Source: a virus
Direction: 5' to 3' (one strand)
IMG/VR virus record: IMGVR_UViG_3300045988_173726
Coordinates: 1 to 64,000 of that record
DNA length: 64,000 nt
A program made the translations under genes and the position numbers. Below are positions 1 through 10,066 of this stretch, piece by piece (the stretch's first letter is position 1; the number at the start of each line of letters is the position of its first letter). The notes below the pieces were generated by a model. It did not search any database, was not told the DNA's origin, and saw only the letters and a list, made by a program, of their open reading frames with translations.

Positions 1-1
1 G

Positions 2-1060
2 TTAGAGCGAAAGATTAAATATCTTGAGAGTACAGTTATTCCTAAGTTAGTTGAGAAAAGGAATCAGAATTCAACTAAGCTTCAAGACGGAGTATACGTT
101 TCGTTGGTTCAACAAAGGAATCTAAGGTTAAGAGTAGTTGCAAAGAGGGCAAAACTAAACAGGCTAAAGCAGAGGCTTAGTAGCCTAAAGTACCAATTAA
201 AGACTGGAAAACTAAAACTGTGTTTTGGTACTAAGAGGTTGCTCAAGCAAGACTATAAGAAGTTTATTGAGCAACGAGATAGTCAAATGACTTTCATAGG
301 GGCTAGAGAGGAGACAGCATGTAATCAAGTTTTACAGTTGACTTACAATCGAAGAAGCAATCAGTTTTCGATTCGACTGCGTAAGGATTTTGGAGGATAC
401 AAGTCGGCTAAAGGTGACGATAGGTATGCTTATGGTAAAGTTTATTTCAATCATCACAAGGCACAAATCGTTTCAATTTTGAGATATAAGACTAGTCCTT
501 TATCTTATAGAATAATCAAAAGGAATGGGAGGTATTATCTCTACTGTACTTTTGAGTTTCAAGTGGAAAATGGTGATATAGTTACTCGTTCTTCTTATGG
601 GACGATAGGACTAGATTTTAACAAAGGTTTTGTGACCTTATCAGAGACGAATCAGTACGGTAATTTAGTAAAAACAAGGTTAATACCATATCGTTTTAAG
701 TCTGGATGTAAGACAAAAACAGACTTACAGGAGGTAGCAAATTATGCAGTTGGGTTAGCATTGAGGAGAGGTAAGGATGTTTGTATTGAGAATCTTGATT
801 TTAGAGCTACAAAAGCAAAAACAGAAACAAGGCTAGGAAGGAAATACAACGAGATGCTTCATTCATTAGCCTATCGGGAGTTTAGTAGTGCGCTGGAGAG
901 TGTAGCGTATAGAAACAGGGTTTGTTTAATCAAAGTCAAGCCAGCGTGGACATCTTGGTTAGCAGAGAAGATTTACTGTAAACCTATGAAGTTAAATATT
1001 CATGTAGGAGCTTCATATGTGATAGCAAGGCGTGGACAAGGGTATAAAGAAGTCGTGTAA
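2..1060 (+). CDS. TnpB-like (IS200/IS605 OrfB-type) protein, copy 1, 5' end cut by the window edge
   Basis: The frame is open from nt 2; LERKIKYLESTVIPKLVEKR aligns to about residue 92 onward of the 443-aa copy. Motifs in order: GLDFNKGFVTLSE (RuvC-I-like), CIENLDFR (RuvC-II-like), KPAWTSW (TnpB xPxYTSQ-like). There is no Asp after ENLDF and no CxxC pairs. Confidence 0.8.
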   Translation, partial: LERKIKYLESTVIPKLVEKRNQNSTKLQDGVYVSLVQQRNLRLRVVAKRAKLNRLKQRLSSLKYQLKTGKLKLCFGTKRLLKQDYKKFIEQRDSQMTFIGAREETACNQVLQLTYNRRSNQFSIRLRKDFGGYKSAKGDDRYAYGKVYFNHHKAQIVSILRYKTSPLSYRIIKRNGRYYLYCTFEFQVENGDIVTRSSYGTIGLDFNKGFVTLSETNQYGNLVKTRLIPYRFKSGCKTKTDLQEVANYAVGLALRRGKDVCIENLDFRATKAKTETRLGRKYNEMLHSLAYREFSSALESVAYRNRVCLIKVKPAWTSWLAEKIYCKPMKLNIHVGASYVIARRGQGYKEVV

Positions 1061-1287
1061 AGTCTTTAATAACAGTCCTATATAGATGTATTCAACGCAA
1101 GACAGTTGAGCATCTCCCTGTAGGACGGAGTTTACTAGAAATTCTGACAATAATTTTCATTGTGTGGCTACGGTTGAAATGAGATGAGTTAGGATGGAAT
1201 AGGTTAACCGTAAGACCTTGAGTTGAAAAACTCTAAAATTGAGCTAGAGATGCGAATTTCTTAAAGTTCGCATTTTCTAGTTACGGT
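1061..1287 (+). ncRNA. omega-RNA-like conserved 3' tail of element copy 1
   Basis: About 230 nt are conserved in all three copies. Shared hairpins are GATGTATTCAAC-GCAAGACA-GTTGAGCATC and GAGTT-loop-AACTC, plus a terminal hairpin ATGCGAA/TTCGCAT (1250-1273) followed by TTTTC. Conservation ends at 1287. The RNA start is unknown and may overlap the CDS. Confidence 0.55.
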
Positions 1288-1472
1288 TAACGATTGATTT
1301 AACTGCGGTAAGGCGTGTAAGCGAGGTAGTTATTGAAGATGGGATTTATTTTGGGGGCGGGAAGTTTCCGAAGTTAACGAGGGTTAGGATTCTTGGAGTT
1401 ACGGATAAGCAACTTCGTGGGATTACGTTTCCGAGCGGTTGTGAGATAGGAGGGGGCAGTGAAGGTAGATAA
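1281..1472 (+). pseudogene. C-terminal remnant of an array LRR paralog severed by element copy 1
   Basis: The frame after the element reads LTIDLTAVRRVSEVVIEDGIYFGGGKFPKLTRVRILGVTDKQLRGITFPSGCEIGGGSEGR*. This matches paralog C-termini (LTIDARY...FPNLVELTLIG...KVPKGCKV). The stop at 1470-1472 overlaps the next gene's GTG start, as elsewhere in the array. Confidence 0.7.
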
Positions 1473-2949
1473 GAGTATTCCTTGGGTGAGGTTTTTGTTT
1501 ACAGGCTACAGAGAACATAGTAACGGAGCTATAAGCCATTATTGTTTTACGACTGTGACTTATAATCCAGCTAGTAAGGCTAAGATTTCCGATGGGAATA
1601 ACATAGTAGTGCCTCGTGAGAAGCTAAGTGCGTTTCTTTCAGTGAATAGCGGTGCAATTCTAGGTAATCCAGATTTTGATGACGGGAAGGTTAGGCGATT
1701 TAGTTGTCAGAGACAGGATGTCTTAGGCAATAATTACAATAGGAAGGGATTAGAGCTAGTATTTTATTTTGAAGAGGACAGTAATAATCTCTGGTATGTG
1801 ACTAGCAAAGGAGAAGTATTTGTTACATTGGGTTTTGAGGAAGTCTACGAAAAGTATCAAGGTATACTAAGCGGAGAGGTAGTCTTGCTTGAGAGTGATT
1901 TATTTTCTCCAAATTTTAAGACAGTAATTGAAGCCACAGAGGGGATGATTGAGCGTCTTAAATTGATAGAGGGGAGAAGCCGAATTACTGGGCAAGACTT
2001 AGCTAAGCTTAGGGTGTCTGGGTATGACTCTTCGGAAGGTGAAGTGCTTGTAGAGGCTGACGGGCTAATTGGGGAGAGTAAGACTGGGGTAAATGTTTAT
2101 CCAGAGGTTGTGAGTGAGGTAACAGTTTCGGAAGAGGATATGATAACCTCTCTGGTAAAGGTTTTTGATTTGTCTAGGTGTAGCTCGTTAAGGAATTTTG
2201 AGATAGGGAATACAAGGTATGCCCGTGTCGCTTTTAACGAGTCTATATCGCTTATATTTTCTGGGTCAGCACAGCGTATGGCATACGGTAGTTTCTATCC
2301 AAAAGCCAAGGAAGTTCGGGTAGTCGGGACGAGAGATGTATTATTTAAGGAGTTTATCTCGGTAGACGGGCATGTAACGCTTGACGGAGATATTTATGCA
2401 GAGCGGCTAACACTTAAAGAGTGTACAGGTTTATCTACGCTTAAAGTCTATGCTTGTCATGGAGAGGATGGTTATTACTGCCATAGAGAAGATGTCGGCT
2501 ATACTAAGAGTAAGATAGAGTTAGCACGCTTAGATACCGAGCATCTTGAGGTTCATAATTTGCAACTTAGTCTTGAGGATGAGTTAGAGATTTCGGGATG
2601 CAAGGACTTAAAGTATCTCACACTATCGTTTATTGAGCTTCCAGAGGAAGCTGTTCCGTTTAATCTTACTGATTTCTTGTCTGGATACGGTAGCATAAGA
2701 GGATTTGGTTTAGAGGGTCTTGAGCGCCTTACGATAGACGCAAGGTACTCTGGCTATTGTCTTTCGGATGGTGTAATAACGCATTTTGATACTGAATTTC
2801 CGAATCTGGTTGAGCTTACGCTTATCGGCATATTAACGAATAAGCTGAATAAGCGGTTAGAGTTTGATTGTAAACTAAAAGTCCCGAAAGGTTGTAAGGT
2901 AAATTGTGGAGATGAGGAGTTAGCGAGAGAGTTTATTTTTCATGATTGA
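1459..2949 (+). CDS. Array paralog 1: N-module + LTGxD core + cysteine-containing LRR protein, function unknown
   Basis: 496-aa ORF. Motifs: RITGQDL, GVNVYPEVVSEVTV, VKVFDLSRCSSLRNFEI, LEISGCKDLKYLTL, and C-terminal FPNLVELTLIG...KVPKGCKV. Confidence 0.85.
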   Translation: MKVDKSIPWVRFLFTGYREHSNGAISHYCFTTVTYNPASKAKISDGNNIVVPREKLSAFLSVNSGAILGNPDFDDGKVRRFSCQRQDVLGNNYNRKGLELVFYFEEDSNNLWYVTSKGEVFVTLGFEEVYEKYQGILSGEVVLLESDLFSPNFKTVIEATEGMIERLKLIEGRSRITGQDLAKLRVSGYDSSEGEVLVEADGLIGESKTGVNVYPEVVSEVTVSEEDMITSLVKVFDLSRCSSLRNFEIGNTRYARVAFNESISLIFSGSAQRMAYGSFYPKAKEVRVVGTRDVLFKEFISVDGHVTLDGDIYAERLTLKECTGLSTLKVYACHGEDGYYCHREDVGYTKSKIELARLDTEHLEVHNLQLSLEDELEISGCKDLKYLTLSFIELPEEAVPFNLTDFLSGYGSIRGFGLEGLERLTIDARYSGYCLSDGVITHFDTEFPNLVELTLIGILTNKLNKRLEFDCKLKVPKGCKVNCGDEELAREFIFHD

Positions 2950-2957
2950 GGTAAAGT

Positions 2958-4212
2958 ATGAATATAGAGATGCCAGCGGTACGGCTTTTGTTTAGCGGTC
3001 GGGACGCTGCGGGTAAGTATATTTTTACAGTTCTCTCGTATCGTCCAGACACATACGGACTGTTTATAGGGGATAACGCTCTTAGTGTAACAGCGGATAT
3101 GTTAGAGGGGTTTTTATCAGAAAATAAGGGGATAATTATTGGGGATATAGGGCTTAACTTAAAGGAAGGAGACGCGGTTGCTTTTGCTTATATAGAGGAT
3201 GTTTTGTTCTACTTAGAGAACGGTACCATATCAAGGGCATTCGAGAGTAGGTTAACGAATCTTCTCAAGCGTATTTGCCGAGGTGAGGCATATCTTTTTG
3301 ACAGTGGGTGGGTTACCAAGGAGATTTATCAGAAATTAGCTGTTATTAAGGGAGCAGAGGAAACACTTTTTAAGGCAACTGCGAGGAATAGCCTAACTAG
3401 GGCAGATTTATCACATGTAGACATAGATGAAGTTGTAGACGGAGAAGTTAGCTTTTCAGCTACAGGCTTGAGGGGGACAAATAGCGGAGTTACGATTTAT
3501 TCGGATATAGTTAGTAAGGTTACAGTTAAAACAGCAGACATTGAGAATTCTGGCGTGAGTGTGCTTGACATGTCGAATTGTAATAGACTTAGAGAGTTTG
3601 TAATTGGTGATAGCATACGATTTGCCAAGGGTTCCTCGAAGTCTGTTGCTGTTATTTTTCCGAGTGTAACCGAGATAAACCCTTATGGGAAGTTAGTATT
3701 TCCTGCGAGAGAGATAAAGCTTTTCGGTAGATGGAGCGCTTAGTGTTGAATCTTGTAATATTGTGGATTGCTCGTGTGGAGCAGAGCTTTGTTTACGGGT
3801 GATTGATAGTGGGCGCAGTGGTTATGATAATATCAAAGTTGGAGTGTCTGATATAGAGAAGCTTTCCATTAGAGCTGATAGGTATGATGACTGGAGAAGA
3901 AAGTGTTTTTTTCTCGGAGAGTGTGCTGGTCTGCGTGAGATTTGTATAGATGTTTCGGTAGGTGGAAAGGCAGTTTGGTTCGGGGAGTTTATCGACTACA
4001 TATTTGCATCTGGTTTAACGAAATCTTTTGTCTGTGTTTCTGAGATTACGGTTAAGCTTTCTGGCGGTGTATACATGATTGGGGACAAAGAGTATCTAAT
4101 GAAAGACATCTTTCCGAACCTTAAGAGGCTAACGATTTGCGGTAGAAAGACAGCGGGAGACGATAGAAACTTGATTGTACCTGAAGGTTGCAAGATAGTT
4201 TATAAGGAGTGA
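2958..4212 (+). pseudogene. Array paralog 2, split by a frameshift into ORFs 2958-3743 and 3763-4212
   Basis: The first ORF holds the N-module and core (LTRADLS, GVTIYSDIVSKVTV, VSVLDMSNCNRLREFVI). The second holds the LRR tail (FPNLKRLTICG...IVPEGCKIVY). The second frame is already open from 3718. Removing one T from TTTT at 3721-3724 fuses them as ...EIKLSVDGALSVESCNIVDC..., which matches sibling ...FISVDGHVTLDG.... Confidence 0.65.
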
Positions 4213-4216
4213 GTTT

Positions 4217-5656
4217 ATGGGCGGGGTATTCAAGTTACGGATTGTGCTTTCTGGGCGGTTGGATTCAGAGGAGACAGTCTATAGGTTTTCTGTTTTGCAG
4301 GGGATGGGTGGGTTAGATGGCGAAATTTCGGCAGTTTATGTAAAGGAAGAAGAGCTTGAGGCATTCCTACTTGAAAATAAGAGTCGGGTGCTTGCTCTGG
4401 AAGGTATGAAAGAGAGGGCAAAGTATTTGCCTGTATTTCCAGAGAAGGTGAAGTCAAAGACGGATAGTAGCTGTGTAAAGAGCGGTAAGTCGCAGTTAGT
4501 ATCCTGTGCAAAAGAAGATGGTGTGTATCGGGTAGGGTTTTTTAATAGGCGCGGTGAGTTTCTATCGGAATACGGGGATGGTGTGTTAAGTCGTCTGTTG
4601 GGCGATGTATTTTGTGGGAAAGCGATTCTGCTCAAGAGTGAGTTGATTGATAGTTCAGTGTATGAGCTGTTGTCTGGGATGTCCGACAAGATGAGCGAGG
4701 TACTTAACGACTTATCGCGTGGTAAACTAACAGGTGGCGACCTGTCGGAGTCCTCGATTAACGGTATTTTCGGGGCTAGTCCTACTGTTAAGTCCGAAGG
4801 TCTTAAGGGGGTCGGAAACGGAGTAAATATCTACTCAAAGTATGCTTCCAGTGTTTCGGTGGAAGCAAGTGAGATTCAAGCTACAGGAACAGTGATATTA
4901 GATATGTCAAAGTGTAGTTTGCTTTCAGAGTTTAGCTTATATGATGAATGTGACGATGATGACCTTCCAGAAACTTGCCTAGATAAGCTAACTTTGATTT
5001 TTCCGAGTGGGGTAGGGAATTTAAGAGGAGACTCGTTTACGGTTAGAGCAGAGGAGCTTTGTATCCAGAATTTAGAGGTTCTGGGGTCTTTTAACGAGGT
5101 TGCGCTTTATGACGCAGAGCTTTCGGGTGTAAACGAGATAACGGCAGAGTACATTGTTATTGACGGCTGTAGTGGGATTGATAAATTAACTATTTCAGCT
5201 CCGTGGTACAGCAAAAATCTTGGAGATATAACATTGTGCGATTTGCCTACGCTTTCGGAGCTTACGGTGAACAGATTTCAAGTTGCGGTTAATGCTAAGA
5301 CAGTGTTAATTATTGAGGACTGCCAGAAACTACGCAAGGTTTATTTGAATTGTGTTGCAACGAATCTTTCTTGTGCGCTTGATTTAGCGAGGTTTGGCGG
5401 GGATACGGAAGAGGGAGGCAGATTGTTTTCTCAAGCGGACACAAGTATTAGGGAGTTAAGTGTCGAGTGTAGCTGGTTTTCCTGTAGTGAGCGCATGGTT
5501 GACATTACACGGGAGTTTCCAGATTTAGAGAAGCTGTGTTTAACAGGGAACCTAGAGATAAATCAATCAGATTTTATATTAGTTGTTCCGAGAGGCTGTA
5601 CGGTAGATTGTAGTGACCGTAGGCTTCGGTCTAAGGTAGTGTCGCGACAGGAATAA
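4217..5656 (+). CDS. Array paralog 3 (N-module + LTGxD core + LRR)
   Basis: 479-aa ORF. Motifs: KLTGGDLS, GVNIYSKYASSVSV, VILDMSKCSLLSEFSL, FPDLEKLCLTG...VVPRGCTVDC. Confidence 0.85.
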   Translation: MGGVFKLRIVLSGRLDSEETVYRFSVLQGMGGLDGEISAVYVKEEELEAFLLENKSRVLALEGMKERAKYLPVFPEKVKSKTDSSCVKSGKSQLVSCAKEDGVYRVGFFNRRGEFLSEYGDGVLSRLLGDVFCGKAILLKSELIDSSVYELLSGMSDKMSEVLNDLSRGKLTGGDLSESSINGIFGASPTVKSEGLKGVGNGVNIYSKYASSVSVEASEIQATGTVILDMSKCSLLSEFSLYDECDDDDLPETCLDKLTLIFPSGVGNLRGDSFTVRAEELCIQNLEVLGSFNEVALYDAELSGVNEITAEYIVIDGCSGIDKLTISAPWYSKNLGDITLCDLPTLSELTVNRFQVAVNAKTVLIIEDCQKLRKVYLNCVATNLSCALDLARFGGDTEEGGRLFSQADTSIRELSVECSWFSCSERMVDITREFPDLEKLCLTGNLEINQSDFILVVPRGCTVDCSDRRLRSKVVSRQE

Positions 5657-5679
5657 GTTTATTTTATGAGGGGGCAGAG

Positions 5680-7146
5680 ATGAAGCATAAGTTTGACACA
5701 TTGTCAGAGGCTTGGTATGCGGTAGCTTTAACTGGGTATTACTGCGAGAGCGGGGATATAGCTTCTCACTATGTATTTACAGTTCTTAAGGTATATGGGA
5801 GTTTTTCAGAGCTTGATAAGGTAGATGTAGAGGGTTTTAGCGTTTTAGAGCGGATTTTCGTCAAGAAAGATAGGCTTAAAAGGTTTTTAACAAGCGGGCA
5901 TGGGGCGATTTTAGGTGCAGTTAAGGAGCATAGTACTCCTGTAAGTGTAGAAGGTATCAACTATGTAGACAAGCTAGCAGAGTATAGCAAAGACGGAACT
6001 GTTATCAAGAGCGGTGTCATGATTCAAGTTCTTACGATTAAGAAGTCTGGGGCTATCGTTTATCTAAACGAGTTAGGCGAGGTAGCGGAGACTGGAGATA
6101 AGGAGTATTTGGTAGATTGTCTCTTAAACAGTAGGGTAGTCTCACTTTATTGTCGTTCTGGTCGCCCTTTGGAATTTGAAAGGAGAGTTGCATCTGTTTT
6201 TGACCGTATCTTATCTAGCTATTCTGACTATGTTCTAAGGAATGCTCGTGATAGTTTTCTTCGTTCAGATTGTTCAAAGACAGATGTTCGTATCGGGAGT
6301 GATTTAGTGCTGGAAGTAACGGCTTCTGGTCTTAGCGGTAACGGTTGCGGGGTGAACAAGTACGGAGACTGGGTAAGTACTGTGATTGTAAGCACGGATG
6401 ATTTGCATGCTACTAATAATTCCGTTTTAGATATGGAAGATTGTGTGCATTTATCTAGGTTTGAATTAGACTGTGGAAGTGCAAATGCTTTTCCGCATTT
6501 ATCAATTATATTTCCAAAGGGCATATCAAAGTTAAGTGTAGATAGATTTTGGATTAACACAGGGAAGCTACACCTATTAAATCTTCCGAAGAATATTTCT
6601 TATGGGGATGTTTCTATAACTGGTGCAAGGATAGAGGGTCATACTGGTGAGTTTATTACGAATAGGCTTAGTTTGCGTGGGATAAGCGGGTTAAGCGCTG
6701 TGTCTTTGCATCAGCTAAGAAGAGACAGGGATGCAGAGACAGAGATTAGCGGTTGCAGTGATTTAAGGCGGATTAGTCTGTATTTTGATTTGGACGAAAG
6801 GGGTTATAGATATTTTTCTCTTAAGATAGCTGGGTGTGTGGAGTTAGAGGAGCTTCTTATAGAGATAAACAAACAAGAGCCATTGGAACTAGCTGTATTC
6901 TGTGGCGCTCATTTACTTAGTATGGCTGGAACTCCGAAGTTAAGTAGCCTAACGATACGGTGCGACGCAGGATTTATCTTTAGTCCGATAGAGGGTTGGG
7001 AGTTCTTAGACTTTTCAAGGTGTTTTCCGAGTCTTAGAGAGTTTTGTTTAATCGGGGAGTTTAGTGGTGAAAGTGCTGGCGGTAAGATTATAGTGCCAAG
7101 AGGCTGTAAGGTAAGCGGATGGGGGTTAGAGATAGAGGAGGCATAA
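5680..7146 (+). CDS. Array paralog 4
   Basis: 488-aa ORF. Motifs: LRSDCS, GVNKYGDWVSTVIV, SVLDMEDCVHLSRFEL, EISGCSDLRRISL, FPSLREFCLIG...IVPRGCKVSG. Confidence 0.85.
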   Translation: MKHKFDTLSEAWYAVALTGYYCESGDIASHYVFTVLKVYGSFSELDKVDVEGFSVLERIFVKKDRLKRFLTSGHGAILGAVKEHSTPVSVEGINYVDKLAEYSKDGTVIKSGVMIQVLTIKKSGAIVYLNELGEVAETGDKEYLVDCLLNSRVVSLYCRSGRPLEFERRVASVFDRILSSYSDYVLRNARDSFLRSDCSKTDVRIGSDLVLEVTASGLSGNGCGVNKYGDWVSTVIVSTDDLHATNNSVLDMEDCVHLSRFELDCGSANAFPHLSIIFPKGISKLSVDRFWINTGKLHLLNLPKNISYGDVSITGARIEGHTGEFITNRLSLRGISGLSAVSLHQLRRDRDAETEISGCSDLRRISLYFDLDERGYRYFSLKIAGCVELEELLIEINKQEPLELAVFCGAHLLSMAGTPKLSSLTIRCDAGFIFSPIEGWEFLDFSRCFPSLREFCLIGEFSGESAGGKIIVPRGCKVSGWGLEIEEA

Positions 7147-8559
7147 GTGGATAGGTGCTATGTTCTGTCTGGTATTCTTTTAGACGATAACGGGGAAGAG
7201 GTAGGAATTCGGTATCAAGAGCTTGATTCTTCTATAACGGTGATATGTAAGAAAGATGAGGTCAATGACTTTCTTTTAAGTCATGAGGTCTACGGCGGCG
7301 GGGATTTTTGTGTAGCGCGGGTGGATGCCACGACAGGAGAGGTAATAAAGAAGGGTCATATTAAGTTAATTAGCATTGTTTGGTTTCGTGATACTGCTAA
7401 AGGTGTGAATCTAAGGTTTCGACTTCGTTACCTAGACAGTAGTGGAGAGTATAAAGACAAAATTTTATCGCTTGATGAATGCTTAGATACCCTGCATCGC
7501 CTAGAGGGGGAAGGGGCTACAGTGGTAGACGAATACCCGAAAAGTGATAGCCTTAAGCCTTATCTATTGTTTATGTGCGGGATTCTTTATAGCGAGGCAT
7601 ATCAACTTGAGCGGAGCAGGGCGCGGCTTACGAGAGAGGATTGCTCTAAGGTTTCCGTTTATTATGACGAAGATACAAGGCGCTTAGGGTTACAAGCTAT
7701 CGGTATGGTGGGACAGTCAAACGGAGTAAATAGATATTCTGCGTTTGTAAATCGGATAGAGGTGAGTAGTGATGATTTAGCGCGGGCTTTGGTAAAGGTG
7801 GTAGATTTAAGTCGTTGCGATAGGCTTAGAGAACTTAGCTATAGTGCTTCGTTGAATCATGTAAGTTCCGATAATTCGATGGTTATGGTATTTCCGAAGT
7901 GGGCAAGTAAGGTGATGGACGAGCGGAGTCTTGTTATCGAGAAATTAACGATTGGCAAAGGTCGGTTTGAGTTTCGTAATTTCCCCTCTGGAGCGGTATT
8001 TAAGAAGCTTACAGTAGTCAGCGGAGCAGAGTTAGCGGGAGACATTGGTTGCTTTAGGGCAGAGACAGCGGTTTTAGGGGCTGTTTCAAAATACGGCACG
8101 CTAAGAGGTCTTAAACACTTGTTTATCCGAGTTCCGTTATCTAATGATACAAACATTTTTGTATGTGACACAGATTCAGAGGAGATAAGTATAGAGTATG
8201 AAGCTGGGTTTTATAAAAACACTCTTTCGATTTTGAACTGTAAAGTGCTTAAAAAGGTAACGATAGTGAATCATGAGGTTATCGACTTAGTTAGGGTGTT
8301 GAAAGGTATAAAGAACTGTGAGGCGCTTACAGAGCTTACAATCGTGGCAGAATATTACAAGTCGCGCGTTGAAATGGGAGCAGGAAAGCTATTGCATGTT
8401 CTTGGATGTGACGGATACAAGAACCTAAAGGTGTTACGAATAATAAAGAAAGGGAATAAGGAAGATGAGATGCAACCAAACGCCATGTTTCAAGTACCGA
8501 AAGGTTGCGTTGTTATGTGTAACAGTAGTGAAGTGGGACGCTTCATCGCATACAGGTAA
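7147..8559 (+). CDS. Array paralog 5
   Basis: 470-aa ORF whose GTG start abuts the upstream stop. Motifs: RLTREDCS, GVNRYSAFVNRIEV, VKVVDLSRCDRLRELSY, ILNCKVLKKVTI, QVPKGCVVMC. Confidence 0.85.
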   Translation: MDRCYVLSGILLDDNGEEVGIRYQELDSSITVICKKDEVNDFLLSHEVYGGGDFCVARVDATTGEVIKKGHIKLISIVWFRDTAKGVNLRFRLRYLDSSGEYKDKILSLDECLDTLHRLEGEGATVVDEYPKSDSLKPYLLFMCGILYSEAYQLERSRARLTREDCSKVSVYYDEDTRRLGLQAIGMVGQSNGVNRYSAFVNRIEVSSDDLARALVKVVDLSRCDRLRELSYSASLNHVSSDNSMVMVFPKWASKVMDERSLVIEKLTIGKGRFEFRNFPSGAVFKKLTVVSGAELAGDIGCFRAETAVLGAVSKYGTLRGLKHLFIRVPLSNDTNIFVCDTDSEEISIEYEAGFYKNTLSILNCKVLKKVTIVNHEVIDLVRVLKGIKNCEALTELTIVAEYYKSRVEMGAGKLLHVLGCDGYKNLKVLRIIKKGNKEDEMQPNAMFQVPKGCVVMCNSSEVGRFIAYR

Positions 8560-8570
8560 GAGGAGTTTAT

Positions 8571-10061
8571 ATGGATTATAATAGAGACCCTATGGATTTT
8601 AGCCGTCATGAAGATAAAGCCTATTTTATGATAGGGAATCTTGTATCTATTGGAGAGGTTGTAGGCAAGAGGTTTATAGGGTTGCCGTGATTTGCAGAAA
8701 AGATTTGTCTTGGTGGAGTTTTGCCAGAGACAGTGGATGTGAAGATGGAAGATATGGACGATTTCTGTAATCAGCACATCACTTACGGGGTGTTCGGGAA
8801 TAAGGAGCTAAATGAAGTTTCCTTTGAGAGTAGGGAGGTAATAGATGAGGTCAGTAATCGTCTCTTGCAGTTAGACTTGCACGAGTATCCGCATAAGCTT
8901 GAGAGTGAGAGGATTGTTTACGAGATTCACTATATTGATGCGGTAGGCTTGTATCGGTCAAGGATGTTAAATAGCTTAGAGGCAGTTTTAGATACACTAC
9001 AGGGGCTAAACGCGGTAATGTTTGAGAGTTTTCCACAGAGCAAGAAGTTTCTCCCGTATTTAGAGTTTAATCGAAGGGGGCATCTACAGGAGATTAAGAA
9101 TGGAAGGGCTGTAAGCGGGGATTGTTCGGGGGTAAGTCCTTATATGGACAAGAAGGCAGGGAAGATTAAGCTTTTCGCTTATGGGTTTCTGGGTAATTCT
9201 ACAAATGGTGTCTGTCGGTTTTCAAAGTTTATCAGTAAGGCTAGGGTAGAGGATGATGGCGCACGGGTAAGTGATGTTCGTGTTTTAGATTTTAGTCAGT
9301 GTAGTCGTCTTTCTAGCATAGTTTACAATCACCTAATAGACGAGCAGAAGTATTATTCAGAGAATATGTCGATAGTGTTTCCGAAGTTTGTAGTTAAGAG
9401 TGATAGGTGTTTGTGCGCAGAAGAGTTTAATATAAGCGCCAGAAAGTTTCAGTTTGTAAATTTTTCAGAGAATGTAATATTTGAGCGACTTAGAATATTG
9501 GGTGGTGTAGAGATTGTAGGCGCAGATGACTTTTTCACGGTAGCGCATGGGTTTATCGGGGACGGGAAGGAGACTGTTACAGGGCTTAAAGAGTTAAAGG
9601 TAGGCAATGCGCTAGATAGGACTGTTGGTAGAGACTCGTCTTTGCATATTATAGACACAGATTCCGAGGAGATAACACTTGTATTATACCGTGTCGCTTT
9701 TCCAGAAGAGGATAGGAAGTATTTTGAGATAAAGAACTGTAAGGAGCTTAGAAAGCTTACCGTAATTTGCCCCTTTGGGCTTGATTTAGGCGTGATATTG
9801 CGTGGAATAGAGGGTTGTGACGCACTTACGGAGATTGTAATTAGTGCAAATGTTTTTCGTGGAGCATCCGTAAGTACGGCGAACAGAAAACGGTTCGGGT
9901 TTGCGGAGGAAATCGGATATAAAAACTTAAAACGGCTTGAGCTTAAAGGTCTAGGCTGGGAAGAGTTGGATAGGCAGTTTAATGTATCTGTACCTAATGG
10001 TTGCGAAGTGGTATGTAACAATAAGAAGTTAGCGAGTCGAATTATAAAAGAAAAGGAGTAA
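8571..10061 (+). pseudogene. Array paralog 6 with a single in-frame TGA at 8688-8690
   Basis: ATG 8571 (RBS AGAGGAG) opens MDYNRDPMDFSRHEDKAYFMIGNLVSIGEVVGKRFIGLP*. The same frame then continues FAEKICLGGVLPETVDVKMEDMDDF... into the 8721-10061 ORF. The interrupted part aligns to the N-module of paralog 5. Downstream motifs: SGDCS, GVCRFSKF, VRVLDFSQCSRLSSI, IKNCKELRKLTV, SVPNGCEVVC. Confidence 0.6.
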
Positions 10062-10066
10062 GGGAT

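Larger units (their letters stand above)
1..1287 (+). mobile_element. TnpB-only IS200/IS605-like element, copy 1 (left part lies outside the window)
   Basis: The CDS plus 3' tail are homologous to the complete copies at 37087-38743 and 60311-61971. Homology to both stops abruptly after TTTTCTAGTTACGGT (last base 1287). No Y1 tnpA gene is adjacent. Confidence 0.75.

Noticed and set aside
8688-8690. Possibility that TGA is reassigned (alternative genetic code).
   Set aside because: TGA ends many well-delimited genes directly before the next RBS and start (for example 2947-2949, 4210-4212, 15948-15950, 27986-27988, 39645-39647). TAA and TAG are also used as stops. A single in-frame TGA is better explained locally.
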